Shown: one piece after another, positions 10,883-20,405 of the stretch
Layout of the letters: each line of letters starts with the position of its first letter
How positions within the stretch are numbered: position 1 is the first letter of the stretch
NCBI GenBank assembly: GCA_036526195.1
Contig: DATCYZ010000033.1
Location: 30,062-94,061, forward strand
Origin: Burkholderiales bacterium
GTDB lineage: Bacteria > Pseudomonadota > Gammaproteobacteria > Burkholderiales > SG8-39
Reading direction: 5' to 3'
DNA length: 64,000 bases
Translations under genes and position numbers: made by a program
The notes under the pieces: generated by a model
Told to the model about the DNA's origin: nothing
What the model saw: only the letters and a program-made list of their open reading frames with translations
Databases searched by the model: none

Positions 10883-12256
10883 TCAGAGAAAACGCACGCC
10901 AACCTGGAACAGCTTCTCCACCTTGGGCAGGGTTTTCTTGTCGGAGACGAAGACGATGACGTGGTCACCCGCCTCGATCCTGACATCGTGATGCGCCATC
11001 AGCACCTCCTCGCCGCGCACGATGGCGCCGATCGTGCAGCCCGGCGGCAACTCGATCTCCTCGAGCCGACGGCCGGTCAGGCGGCAGGAGTCCCGGTCGC
11101 CGTGCACCACGGCCTCGAGCGCCTCGGCGGCGCCCCGGCGCAGGCTGTGCACCGCCACCACGTCACCGCGACGGACATGCGCGAGCAGCTTGCCGATGGT
11201 GGCCTGGGCGGGCGAGATGGCGATGTCGATCTCCCCGCTCTGCAGCAGGTCGACGTACGACCGTCGGTTGATCAGCGCGACGACGCGGCGCGCGCCAAGG
11301 CGCTTGGCCAGCAGCGAACTCATGATGTTGTTTTCGTCGTTGTTGGTCACGGCGACGAACAGGTCCATCTCGCCGATCCCCTCCTGCTGCAGGAGTTCCT
11401 CGTCGGTGGCGTCGCCGTTCAGCACCAGCGCACTGCGCACGCGCGCCGCCAGCATCTCGCAGCGCCGCTTGTTGTGTTCGATCACCCGGACCGAATACTC
11501 GTCCTCGAGCGCCCGCGTCAGGCGCTGCCCGATGTTTCCGCCGCCGGCGATCATCACCCGTTTCACCGGGCGGTCCATGCGTCGCAATTCGCGCATCACC
11601 TCACGAATGTTGCGCGATGCCGCAAGGCAGAACACCTCGTCATCGGCTTCGATCACCGTGTCCCCCGTCGGCACGATCGGCCGGTCGCGGCGGAAGATCG
11701 CGACGATCCGCGTCTCGGTGCGCGGCATGTGCTCGCGGATCTCCTTCACCGGGCGCCCGACCATCGGCCCGCCCCGGTAGGCGCGTACCGCGACGAGGCT
11801 GACCTTGCCATCGGCAAAATCGAGCACTTGCAGGGCCTCCGGGAACTCGACCAGCTTGACGATGTAGTCGGTGAGCACCTGTTCAGGGCAGATCGACAGG
11901 TCGACCTCGAATCCCTCCGGTCCGAGCAGGCGCTCGTCTTCGAGAAATGCGGAAGCGCGCACCCGCGCGACCCGCCGCGGCACGTTGAAGGCGCGGGCCG
12001 CGATCTTGCAGGCGGCGAGATTCGTCTCGTCGTTCTGCGTCACGGCAATGATCAGGTCGGCATCATCCGCGCCCGCTTCCCTGAGCACCGAAGGATGCGC
12101 CGCATTGCCGACCACCGTGCGCAGGTCGAGGCGGTCCTGCAGCGCGCGCAGGCGTTGCGCATCGATATCGACGACCGTGATGTCGTTCTGCTCGGACGCG
12201 AGGCTTTCGGCCACAGAGCCGCCAACCTGCCCGGCGCCGAGAATGACGATTTTCAC
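10883..12256 (-). CDS. trkA: Trk system NAD-binding component TrkA
   Basis: 457 aa with two Rossmann/RCK repeats (MKIVILGAGQVGGS..., VMIAGGGNIGQRL...). GTG start. Confidence 0.92.
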   Translation of the reverse strand: MKIVILGAGQVGGSVAESLASEQNDITVVDIDAQRLRALQDRLDLRTVVGNAAHPSVLREAGADDADLIIAVTQNDETNLAACKIAARAFNVPRRVARVRASAFLEDERLLGPEGFEVDLSICPEQVLTDYIVKLVEFPEALQVLDFADGKVSLVAVRAYRGGPMVGRPVKEIREHMPRTETRIVAIFRRDRPIVPTGDTVIEADDEVFCLAASRNIREVMRELRRMDRPVKRVMIAGGGNIGQRLTRALEDEYSVRVIEHNKRRCEMLAARVRSALVLNGDATDEELLQQEGIGEMDLFVAVTNNDENNIMSSLLAKRLGARRVVALINRRSYVDLLQSGEIDIAISPAQATIGKLLAHVRRGDVVAVHSLRRGAAEALEAVVHGDRDSCRLTGRRLEEIELPPGCTIGAIVRGEEVLMAHHDVRIEAGDHVIVFVSDKKTLPKVEKLFQVGVRFL

Positions 12257-12316
12257 GCGGGACCCGAAGCGTCAAAAAGGGCGCACATTGTAGTCTGGCG
12301 CCAGTCCCGGCGCAGG

Positions 12317-13564
12317 TCAGGTTTCCTCACGCCGCCCGACCTGCAACCCGAGCGCCTTCAGCTTGCGGTACAGGTGCGTGCGCTCGAGGCCGGAGTGCTC
12401 CGCGACGCGCGACATGCTGCCCCCTTCGCGCACCAGCATGCGCTCGAAGTACTGCCGCTCGAAAGCCTCGCGCGCCTCCCGATAGGGCTGGTCGAATGCA
12501 GGCTCGACCGGCGGCGGCTCGGAGCCCCGGTCCGCGAGGACGCGCTCGACGTCGCTCGCCTGGATCTCCTCTTCCAGCGCGGTGAATGCGAGGTCCTTCA
12601 CGGCGCCCTCGAGTTCCTCGAAGTCGCCGGGCCAGCGATGCTGGCGCAGCGCATTCAGGGCAGCGACGGAATAGCGTCGCGGCGGGCAGGCCCGCGCCTC
12701 GATCAGCAGGGTCAGCATGAGCGTCGCGAGGTCCGGCACATCCTCGGCGTAATCGCGAAGCGCAGGCAGGCGAAGCGTGAGTTCCGACAATCGCGCGGCG
12801 AGGTCGGGATCGAAATCATGGCGCTCGCAGAGCGTACGCATGTCGACCGGCGAATACGAGACGAGGCGGACCTTGTGCCGTTCGACGCGTCCCAGCAGGA
12901 ACTCCAGCGCGCGCTGCGCGGGACGCTCGAGCCGCGACAGGTCGGCGATGAACAGGATGCCGCCCGCGGCGCGAGTGAGGACGTCCGAGGGGGCTTCGGC
13001 AAGCAGGCCCTCGCCGGCGAGAAACGGGCTGCCGGGGGCGGCGAGCGGGCGGGCGAAGAGCTCGGGTCGCTGCCCGCGCTCTCCGCGCAACAGCAGCGGC
13101 GCGCTCGTCTGGGCGAGCTGCGCGAGGCGCTTGCGGACCTCCGTGATGACCGGAGACCGGCCCACCGTCGAGAGCGACAGCTGCCGGGGCGCGCTCACCT
13201 CGCGCACGCGAAGCGCGCGGCGCACGGTCGTCAGCAGGCGTTGCAGCGCAATGGGCTTCTCGAGGAAATCGAGCGCCCCGATGCGGGTCGCCTCGACCGC
13301 GGTCTCGATCGTTCCATGCCCGGACATCATGACCACGGGCATCGTCAACTGCCCGCCCGCCGCCCATTCCTTCAGCAGCGTGATGCCGTCGGTGTCCGGC
13401 ATCCAGATATCGAGCAGCACGAGATCGGGACGCTGGCGTTCGCGGAACCGGCGTGCCGCGCCCGCGCTTTCTGCGAGCAGAACCTCATGCCCCTCGTCCG
13501 CGAGAATCTCGGAGAGCAGTTCGCGTATTCCCATTTCGTCGTCAACAACCAGTATCTGCGCCAT
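12317..13564 (-). CDS. ntrX: NtrX-like response regulator (receiver + degenerate AAA+ + Fis-type HTH)
   Basis: Receiver domain ILVVDDEMGIRE...LVLLDIWMPDTDG. C-terminal HTH MSRVAEHSGLERTHLYRKLKALG. Central domain has GERGQRPE in place of the Walker A GESGTGKE and lacks GAFTGA. Confidence 0.85.
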   Translation of the reverse strand: MAQILVVDDEMGIRELLSEILADEGHEVLLAESAGAARRFRERQRPDLVLLDIWMPDTDGITLLKEWAAGGQLTMPVVMMSGHGTIETAVEATRIGALDFLEKPIALQRLLTTVRRALRVREVSAPRQLSLSTVGRSPVITEVRKRLAQLAQTSAPLLLRGERGQRPELFARPLAAPGSPFLAGEGLLAEAPSDVLTRAAGGILFIADLSRLERPAQRALEFLLGRVERHKVRLVSYSPVDMRTLCERHDFDPDLAARLSELTLRLPALRDYAEDVPDLATLMLTLLIEARACPPRRYSVAALNALRQHRWPGDFEELEGAVKDLAFTALEEEIQASDVERVLADRGSEPPPVEPAFDQPYREAREAFERQYFERMLVREGGSMSRVAEHSGLERTHLYRKLKALGLQVGRREET

Positions 13565-13588
13565 ACCTGTCCCGTGTCCTGAGGCTGC

Positions 13589-15727
13589 TCATGCCGCCCG
13601 CGCGGATGCCGTGCCGGCGGTCCGGATCGGCAGGACGACGCGAACCGTCGCCCCGATGCCCACCCGGTTCTCTATCGAAATGCTGCCCTGATGCTCATCG
13701 ACGATCTTCTTCACGATCGCCAGCCCGAGGCCGGTCCCGCGCGGCTTGGTCGTGACATACGGCTCGAACACGCGCGTCATCATCGTCTCGGGAAACCCGC
13801 CGCCGGTATCCGACACCGCAAGCTCCACGCCTGCGTCGCGGCGCAGGGTTTCGACCACGATCTGCGGCGCCTGCCCGGTCGCCCCCTGCGCGATGGCATC
13901 CTGCGCGTTGCGCAGGAGGTTGTGAATCACCTGGCGCACCTGGACCGAGTCGGCCATCACGCTGGGCAGTTGCTCGTCCAGGCGGCGCGTCAGGGGAAGG
14001 TTCGAAGTCTCGTACAGCGCCAGCACCTCGATGACCAGCGCATTCAGGTCGAGCAGTGCCGGCGACGGTGCCGGCATGCGCGCGTAGTCGCTGAAGTCGT
14101 CCACCATGGCCTTCAATGCGCCCACCTGGCTGACGATAGTCTGCGTGGCGCGACGCAGGGTCTGCGCATCCTCCGTGCCCAGCTTCTCCGCGAGCTTCAT
14201 TTCCAGGCGTTCCGCGGACAACTGGATGGGCGTGAGCGGGTTCTTGATCTCGTGCGCCAGGCGCCGCGCCACCTCGGCCCATGCGGTTGCCCGCTGCGCC
14301 TGGATGAGCTGCGAGATGTCGTCGAACACCAGCACGTAACCGCCGCCCGTGGCCGCGGGGAGGGCGGAGCCGCGCACCAGCAGCGATTTTCCGCTCGCCT
14401 CGAGCGTGATCTCCCGCTGCCACGCGGCTTCTCCGTGCGCCACCAGCGCCTCGTGCACCACTGCGCCGAAGCTCGCGAGCGGCTCCGGCCACTGCGCCGG
14501 CGGCGTGGCGAGCGCGGCAGACAGCGACGGCCCGAGGATCGCCTCGGCGCCGCGGTTCGAGATGGTCAGTCCGCGCGCGCGGTCCAGCACCAGCACGCCT
14601 GCGGACAGGTTGGCCAGAACGTTCTCGAGATAGGCGTTCGCGGTCTCGAGGGCGATCCGGTTCGCCTCGACGATCTGCCTCGCATCGCCGAGTTGCGTCA
14701 CCATCGAATTGAAGGATTCCGTCAGGACGCCGAGCTCGTCGCGGCTGGTCACGGGCGGACGGCGCGAGAAATCCCCGCTCGCGACCGCCTGCGTCGCCGC
14801 CGCGAGATTGGCAAGCGGCTCGGACAACAGGTTGGACTGGGTCACGGATACCCCGATCGCGACGAACAGGGCGATCAGCAGCGCAAAGGTCAGCGTCACG
14901 ATGTAGATGCGTTTCAGGCCGTCCCTGGACAGCGCGAGTTCGCGGTAGTCGCGATATGCCGCCTCGACGGCCTCGGCACTGCGTCCCAGCCCGGCAGGAA
15001 CGTTCTGCCGCAACTGCAGGAACCGCGCCTCATCGGCGAGCGTGAAGATGCCCACCGGCGCAAGCACGCGCAGCGCCACCGGCCGGCCGGCGACCAGATC
15101 GACGCTCGTGTAGACCCGGTTGTTTCTCGCCTGGCGCAGCGCCTGGGTTGCCGGCAACTCCGGCACCAGCCTCGAGAGATCCTCGGTCGCGCTCGCCAGC
15201 AGGCGCCCGCTTGCGCTCACCAGCACCGCCTCCTGCACGCCCGCTTGCTGCCGCAGGCGGTCCAGCATGGCGACCTGCTGGGCATGAGACCGGTCGGCAA
15301 GCTCGAGGCCCATCGCCCGGCCCTTGGACTGGAGCTCGGAGAGCAGCTGGTCGATCACCTGCTGCCCGAGGTTGATGCCGCCTTCCAGCGCGGCATCCAC
15401 CTTGACGTCGAACCACGATTCGATGCTACGCGAAAGGAACTGAACGGAGACGGTGTAGACGATCAGCCCGGGGACCACCGCGAGCAGCGCGAACCGGACG
15501 AGGAGGCGCAGGGTCAGCCGCGTGCCGAAGACCCGGGCGCGCAATCGCCGGGCCAGCGCAATCAGCTGGTAGGCAACCAGCGCAGCGAGCAGGGCCGCGA
15601 GCGCTGCGTTCAGGGCCAGCAGCTGCCAGTAGTGTTGCGCGAACAGGGTGGTATCCGCGCTCGCCGTCGCCAGCAGGAACAGCCCGAGGGCTGCGACCAC
15701 CGCACCGATGATCAACAGGATCTTCAT
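13589..15727 (-). CDS. ntrY: NtrY-like sensor histidine kinase
   Basis: Track ORF 13589..16105 trimmed to ATG 15727 (MKILLIIGAVVAALG...). TM segments, a HAMP/PAS region, H-box LAHEIKNPLTPIQLSAERL and an HATPase C-terminus. The start overlaps the upstream stop (ATGA). Confidence 0.88.
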   Translation of the reverse strand: MKILLIIGAVVAALGLFLLATASADTTLFAQHYWQLLALNAALAALLAALVAYQLIALARRLRARVFGTRLTLRLLVRFALLAVVPGLIVYTVSVQFLSRSIESWFDVKVDAALEGGINLGQQVIDQLLSELQSKGRAMGLELADRSHAQQVAMLDRLRQQAGVQEAVLVSASGRLLASATEDLSRLVPELPATQALRQARNNRVYTSVDLVAGRPVALRVLAPVGIFTLADEARFLQLRQNVPAGLGRSAEAVEAAYRDYRELALSRDGLKRIYIVTLTFALLIALFVAIGVSVTQSNLLSEPLANLAAATQAVASGDFSRRPPVTSRDELGVLTESFNSMVTQLGDARQIVEANRIALETANAYLENVLANLSAGVLVLDRARGLTISNRGAEAILGPSLSAALATPPAQWPEPLASFGAVVHEALVAHGEAAWQREITLEASGKSLLVRGSALPAATGGGYVLVFDDISQLIQAQRATAWAEVARRLAHEIKNPLTPIQLSAERLEMKLAEKLGTEDAQTLRRATQTIVSQVGALKAMVDDFSDYARMPAPSPALLDLNALVIEVLALYETSNLPLTRRLDEQLPSVMADSVQVRQVIHNLLRNAQDAIAQGATGQAPQIVVETLRRDAGVELAVSDTGGGFPETMMTRVFEPYVTTKPRGTGLGLAIVKKIVDEHQGSISIENRVGIGATVRVVLPIRTAGTASARAA

Positions 15728-16347
15728 TGGGTCGGGACGCCCCGCTGCTCGCGACTCTCGACCGGTGCCGGGGCCTGCTGCGGTGTCCTGTACTTCATCC
15801 GCTTCCAGCCCGAATCCAGATTCCACTCCCCGCTGGTCAGCGCGCTCACCTGGATCGGGCGCGGCAGCAGCGAGGGGTCGAGGCGCATGCGCAAAGCCGC
15901 CTCGTAGGGCGCATCGACTTCCAGTGCAGCGCGTTCGATCACCAGCCAGCCGCGCACCCGGCGCAGCACTTCGAGCGCGTCGCTCAGCGTGGAAAAGCTC
16001 TGCTGCAGGGAACCGCTCGACAGCCTGTACTGGCGGGACACCGCGTGATGGGAAAGCCTGAGTTGCAGCCGGCGATGCCCCAGCTTCTGGTCGAACCAGT
16101 ACCACCGGGGGCGCGTGAACTCGAACTCGACGGAGAAATACAATGCAACGCCGCTGGCCACCGCTTGCGAGAGCCGGGGGTTCAGTTCAATGGCGAAATC
16201 CGCGTCCAGCACGAGACCTTCCTCGGCTTCGCGCAATCGCGCATCGACCAATCCGATCTCGTCGGCTCGCAAGCAAAGCGCCAAGAGGCTGGCCGCGGCA
16301 AGGACCCATAGCCTGAGCCAGCCGATGACGCGCGGCGCGCGACGCAT
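15724..16347 (-). CDS. DUF4390-like secreted/periplasmic protein
   Basis: 207 aa with an N-terminal signal-like segment. It occupies the conserved position between rsmB and ntrY seen in betaproteobacteria. The family assignment is from memory of that synteny. Confidence 0.65.
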   Translation of the reverse strand: MRRAPRVIGWLRLWVLAAASLLALCLRADEIGLVDARLREAEEGLVLDADFAIELNPRLSQAVASGVALYFSVEFEFTRPRWYWFDQKLGHRRLQLRLSHHAVSRQYRLSSGSLQQSFSTLSDALEVLRRVRGWLVIERAALEVDAPYEAALRMRLDPSLLPRPIQVSALTSGEWNLDSGWKRMKYRTPQQAPAPVESREQRGVPTQ

Positions 16348-17630
16348 CAGGCCGGCTTGGCGATCAACGCGTAGAAGAAGCCGTCGTGCGTGTCATCCGG
16401 CAGCATCTGCGCGTCGCCGCCATCAGAAAGCGGAATTCGTGCCGCGGACGGCGCGCGCGCAAGGAAATCCCGGATCACGAGTGCATTCTCCCGCGCGAAC
16501 ACGGAACAGGTCGCATACAGCAATTTACCATTCGGCGCGAGCAAGGGCCAAAGCGCGTCGAGGATCTGCCCCTGACGAATCGCGAAGGCATCCAGGTCGG
16601 CGGGACGCCGCAGCCAGCGCGTGTCCGGACGCCGCCTTGCGATGCCTGAAGCGCTGCATGGAACGTCGGCGAGGATCCGGTCGAACGGCGGACCCTCGCG
16701 CCAGGATCCCGGCTGAAGGCAATCCGCCGCATGGATGCTTGCGGACACGCCCAGGCGATGGAAATTCTCGCCCATGCGCGCGCAGCGATCGGGGTCGATA
16801 TCCAGCGCAGTCAGATCGATGTCCGCGAGTTCCAGCAGGTGCGCGCTTTTTCCGCCTGGCGCCGCGCAGGCATCGAGCACGCGCTGCCCGGACAGGGGTT
16901 CGAGACAGCGCGCTGCGCGCTGCGCGCCGGCGTCCTGAACCGATACCAACCCGTCCCGGAATCCGGGCAGCCGGTCGATCGGCACGGGCGTCCCGAGCAG
17001 CAGCGCCTCGGGTCCGACCCGCCGCGATTCGATGCCGTCTGCCAGGAGCCGGGCCTCGTACACCTCGATCGACGTGCGTCGCCGGTTGATCCGGAGGCAC
17101 ATCGGAGGGTGCTGGTTGCCGGCGGCCGCGATGTCCTCCCACCCCGAGGGATGGTCTTGCCGAAGTTCGTCCAGCCACCACTGCGGCAGCCGGTAGCGTG
17201 CTTCCGGCGATCGCTCGGCCGCCGCGACGAGGGTGTCGCGATCGCGCAGGTAGCGGCGCAGCACGCCGTTGACGAATCCCCGCGCGTGCGGATGATCGAG
17301 ACGCGCGCAGGCGCGCACGGTCTGGTCGACCACCGTATACGGTTTGTAACGGCCGGATTCGAGGGCGTACAGGGCGCACCACACAAGCGCCTGGACAAGC
17401 GAATCGGGGGCGCCGCGATGCGTCAATGCGGCGAGGATGGCTTGCGAGAGTCCGAAACGTCGCAAGGTGCCGTGCGTCAGGTCCAGTCGGGCGGCCCGCG
17501 CCATGCCCTGATCCGGCATACGGCTGAACTCCGCGCTCACGCTTCTGCCTTCCACGACGCGCGACACGATCCTGGCGGAATCGGAGAGGACCTGCGCAAG
17601 CGGATCCGGCGCCGTGGATTCGCCTGTCAT
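16347..17630 (-). CDS. rsmB: 16S rRNA (cytosine967-C5)-methyltransferase RsmB
   Basis: Track ORF 16347..17933 trimmed to ATG 17630 (ATGA overlap with the fmt stop). NusB-like N-terminus and MTase motif ILADVPCSASGIARRRPD. Confidence 0.9.
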   Translation of the reverse strand: MTGESTAPDPLAQVLSDSARIVSRVVEGRSVSAEFSRMPDQGMARAARLDLTHGTLRRFGLSQAILAALTHRGAPDSLVQALVWCALYALESGRYKPYTVVDQTVRACARLDHPHARGFVNGVLRRYLRDRDTLVAAAERSPEARYRLPQWWLDELRQDHPSGWEDIAAAGNQHPPMCLRINRRRTSIEVYEARLLADGIESRRVGPEALLLGTPVPIDRLPGFRDGLVSVQDAGAQRAARCLEPLSGQRVLDACAAPGGKSAHLLELADIDLTALDIDPDRCARMGENFHRLGVSASIHAADCLQPGSWREGPPFDRILADVPCSASGIARRRPDTRWLRRPADLDAFAIRQGQILDALWPLLAPNGKLLYATCSVFARENALVIRDFLARAPSAARIPLSDGGDAQMLPDDTHDGFFYALIAKPA

Positions 17631-18568
17631 GCGGGTGCGACGGGCGTGCCGACCGTCATTCCCGGCACCAGCGCATGGCCCCTGGCAAAGTCCGCAGCGG
17701 ACATGCGCTTGCCTCCGGCGCGCTGCAACTCGGTCACGCGCAGCCCGCCGCGGCCGCACGCCACGACCACGCCACGCGCGTCGACGGACAGAACGACGCC
17801 GGGCCGCCCGGTCACCGCCACGGTCTCGCTGCGCCAGATCTTTGCCGCCTCGCCAAGAATCACCGTGGACGCGCACGGCGTCGGTCGCAGCGCGCGGACG
17901 GTCCGCTCGAGCTGGTCCGCGTCCGCCCGCCAATCCAGCTCGCGATCGGACCGATCAAGCTTGCGGGCATAGGTCACGCCTGCGGCCGGCTGTGGCGTCG
18001 CCTGCTCGACCCCGGACGCAATGTTCGCGAGCGCTTCAACGATCATGCGCGCACCGAGTCCCGCGAGCCGGTCATGCAGGGTGCCCGCATCGTCGTCGGC
18101 GCGGATGCCGATTCGTTCCTGCGCGTACATCGGTCCGGTATCGAGTCCGGCGTCCATGCGCATGATCGTGATGCCGGTTTCGGCGTCGCCGGCCATCAGG
18201 GCCCTCTGGATCGGCGCCGCGCCGCGCCATCGCGGCAGCAGGGATGCATGAATATTCAGCGCCCCATGGCGCGCCAGGCCGAGCAGCGCCTCCGGCAGGA
18301 TCAGGCCATAGGCGGCGACGACCAGAACCTCCGGTGAGGCTTGCGCGACGCGCTCGAGGTTCGCCGGCGATCGCAGTTCCGCCGGCTGAAAGACCTCGAT
18401 GCCGCGTGACTGCGCGAGTTGCTTGACGGCGCTCTGGCCATGGCGAAGGCCGCGACCGGCCGGACGGTCCGGTTGTGTGAGCACCAGGGGAATCCGGTGG
18501 CCCGCCTCCAGCAGCGCCGCCAGGGCCTGCGCTGCGAACTCGGGCGTTCCTGCATACACCACGCGCAT
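17627..18568 (-). CDS. fmt: methionyl-tRNA formyltransferase
   Basis: 313 aa with NIHASLLPRWRGAAPIQRA motif, downstream of def. Confidence 0.95.
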   Translation of the reverse strand: MRVVYAGTPEFAAQALAALLEAGHRIPLVLTQPDRPAGRGLRHGQSAVKQLAQSRGIEVFQPAELRSPANLERVAQASPEVLVVAAYGLILPEALLGLARHGALNIHASLLPRWRGAAPIQRALMAGDAETGITIMRMDAGLDTGPMYAQERIGIRADDDAGTLHDRLAGLGARMIVEALANIASGVEQATPQPAAGVTYARKLDRSDRELDWRADADQLERTVRALRPTPCASTVILGEAAKIWRSETVAVTGRPGVVLSVDARGVVVACGRGGLRVTELQRAGGKRMSAADFARGHALVPGMTVGTPVAPA

Positions 18569-18611
18569 CAGGGGATCGCGCGCGGCGTCCGCTCCTGCGC
18601 GAACGGCGCCC

Positions 18612-19115
18612 TCAGGCGCTCCGGCGCAACTGCTTCGCGAGCTTGGCGCGAATCCGTTGTTGCTTCAGTTGGGACAGGAACTCGACAAACACCTTCCCCT
18701 GCAGATGATCCATCTCGTGCTGCAGGCAGACCGACAACAGCCCCTGCGCTTCGAGCGTGAAGGGATTGCCGTTCTGGTCGAAGGCCCGAACCTTGACGCG
18801 CTCGGCGCGCGGCACCGACTCGTAGACCGTCGGCACCGACAGACACCCTTCTTCAATGTCCGATACCCCGGAGGATTCGACGATTTCGGGGTTGATCAGC
18901 ACCACCAGGGAATCGTGCCGATCCGAGGCATCAACGACGATGACGCGCCGGTGCACGTCGACCTGTGTCGCGGCCAGCCCGATCCCGGGTGCCGCATACA
19001 TGGTTTCCGCCATGTCACGCACCAGACGCTTCAATTCAGCGTCAAATACCGTCACCGGCGCGGCAACTTTGTGCAGGCGCGCATCCGGATAACGTAGAAT
19101 GTTTAAAAGTGCCAT
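18612..19115 (-). CDS. def: peptide deformylase
   Basis: 167 aa with the three PDF motifs [14 protein letters not shown] and QHEMDHL. Confidence 0.95.
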   Translation of the reverse strand: MALLNILRYPDARLHKVAAPVTVFDAELKRLVRDMAETMYAAPGIGLAATQVDVHRRVIVVDASDRHDSLVVLINPEIVESSGVSDIEEGCLSVPTVYESVPRAERVKVRAFDQNGNPFTLEAQGLLSVCLQHEMDHLQGKVFVEFLSQLKQQRIRAKLAKQLRRSA

Positions 19116-19300
19116 CGGTTCAGGGATTTTACTTGCAAATTGAACAGATTAGGTGCAGCATTTCACGCTGCATGTAAGCTGTATGCGGCTACCCATATTA
19201 GGTCGATGCGGCAATTTTTCAAGCAGAACGGGTACTTACAGGGTGTCTGGGCGACCTTCCCGGCACCTTTGGCAAGCGCCCTATCCGATCGGGGGGCACC

Positions 19301-20341
19301 ATGCTCAACCGCCTGAAAAAGTTTAACACAGCGCTGCTTTTCAGCTTCGCCGTCCTTGCCTCTGGCGCGATGGCGCAGACGCCCAAGCCAGCAATGGTTT
19401 TCAAGGCGGATGCGCCGGAGCGCTACGTCGTTGTGCAGGGCGACACCCTGTGGAGCATCGCCGAGCGGTTCACGGACGCACCGTGGCGCTGGCCCGAACT
19501 GTGGAACCTCAACAAGGACCAGATTCGCAATCCGGACCGGATCTATCCCGGCGACGTCCTCGTTCTGGACCGCGCGCGGGGGCAGTTGGCGCTCGCGGAC
19601 ACCGTCAAGCTCTCGCCGAGCGTGAGAGCCGAAGCAATGCGTCGGAGCGCGGTCCCCAGCATTCCCCCGTCGGTGATTGAACCGTTCCTATCCCGCCCCC
19701 TGGTGGTTGAGCCCGACGGACTCGAGAAAGCACCGAAGATCGTGGGAACGGAGGACGACCGCGTCATCCTTTCTTCGGGACACTCGGCGTACGTCGCAGG
19801 CATGGGCGAATCGCGCGAGGAGAACTGGCACGTCTACCGCCAGGGCGCAGCCTTGGTCGATCCCGAGACCAAGAAGACCCTCGGCTATGAGGCCATCTAT
19901 CTCGGTACGGCCCAACTGGTCCGCACCGGCAATCCTGCAACGGTCCGTTTGACGCGCACCGTACAGGAGGTGCTGAAGGGAGACCGGCTGATTCCGGTGG
20001 GCAAGCCGGTGCCCGTTGCATACGCGCCGCACGCGCCGACCGGATTCAAGGGCGGGCGCGTCATGTCCATTTACGGTGGCATCGGCAAGGTCGGCGAGTC
20101 GGGTCGGCACTCGATCATTTCAGTCAATCGGGGCATGTCCGACGGTCTCGAGCCCGGACACGTTCTCGCCCTTCTCCATTCGGTCGAAACGCGCGGCGAG
20201 CGCAAGGACCAGACGATCGAGATCGCTCAGGAGCGCTACGGCCTTGCCTATGTCTTCAGGGTGTTCGATCGCGTGTCCTACGCGCTGGTCATGACCGTCT
20301 CGAGGCCGGTACTGCCGAACGACCTGGTCCAGACGCCCTGA
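19301..20341 (+). CDS. LysM peptidoglycan-binding domain protein
   Basis: Signal peptide (ALLFSFAVLASGAMA) followed by the LysM segment YVVVQGDTLWSIAERF...IYPGDVLVL. Confidence 0.85.
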   Translation: MLNRLKKFNTALLFSFAVLASGAMAQTPKPAMVFKADAPERYVVVQGDTLWSIAERFTDAPWRWPELWNLNKDQIRNPDRIYPGDVLVLDRARGQLALADTVKLSPSVRAEAMRRSAVPSIPPSVIEPFLSRPLVVEPDGLEKAPKIVGTEDDRVILSSGHSAYVAGMGESREENWHVYRQGAALVDPETKKTLGYEAIYLGTAQLVRTGNPATVRLTRTVQEVLKGDRLIPVGKPVPVAYAPHAPTGFKGGRVMSIYGGIGKVGESGRHSIISVNRGMSDGLEPGHVLALLHSVETRGERKDQTIEIAQERYGLAYVFRVFDRVSYALVMTVSRPVLPNDLVQTP

Positions 20342-20405
20342 CCGGCGCGTTCAGGAGGATCCGCGGGAACATGCTTCACCCCCCGCCACGGAGCGCACCA
20401 CCGGT

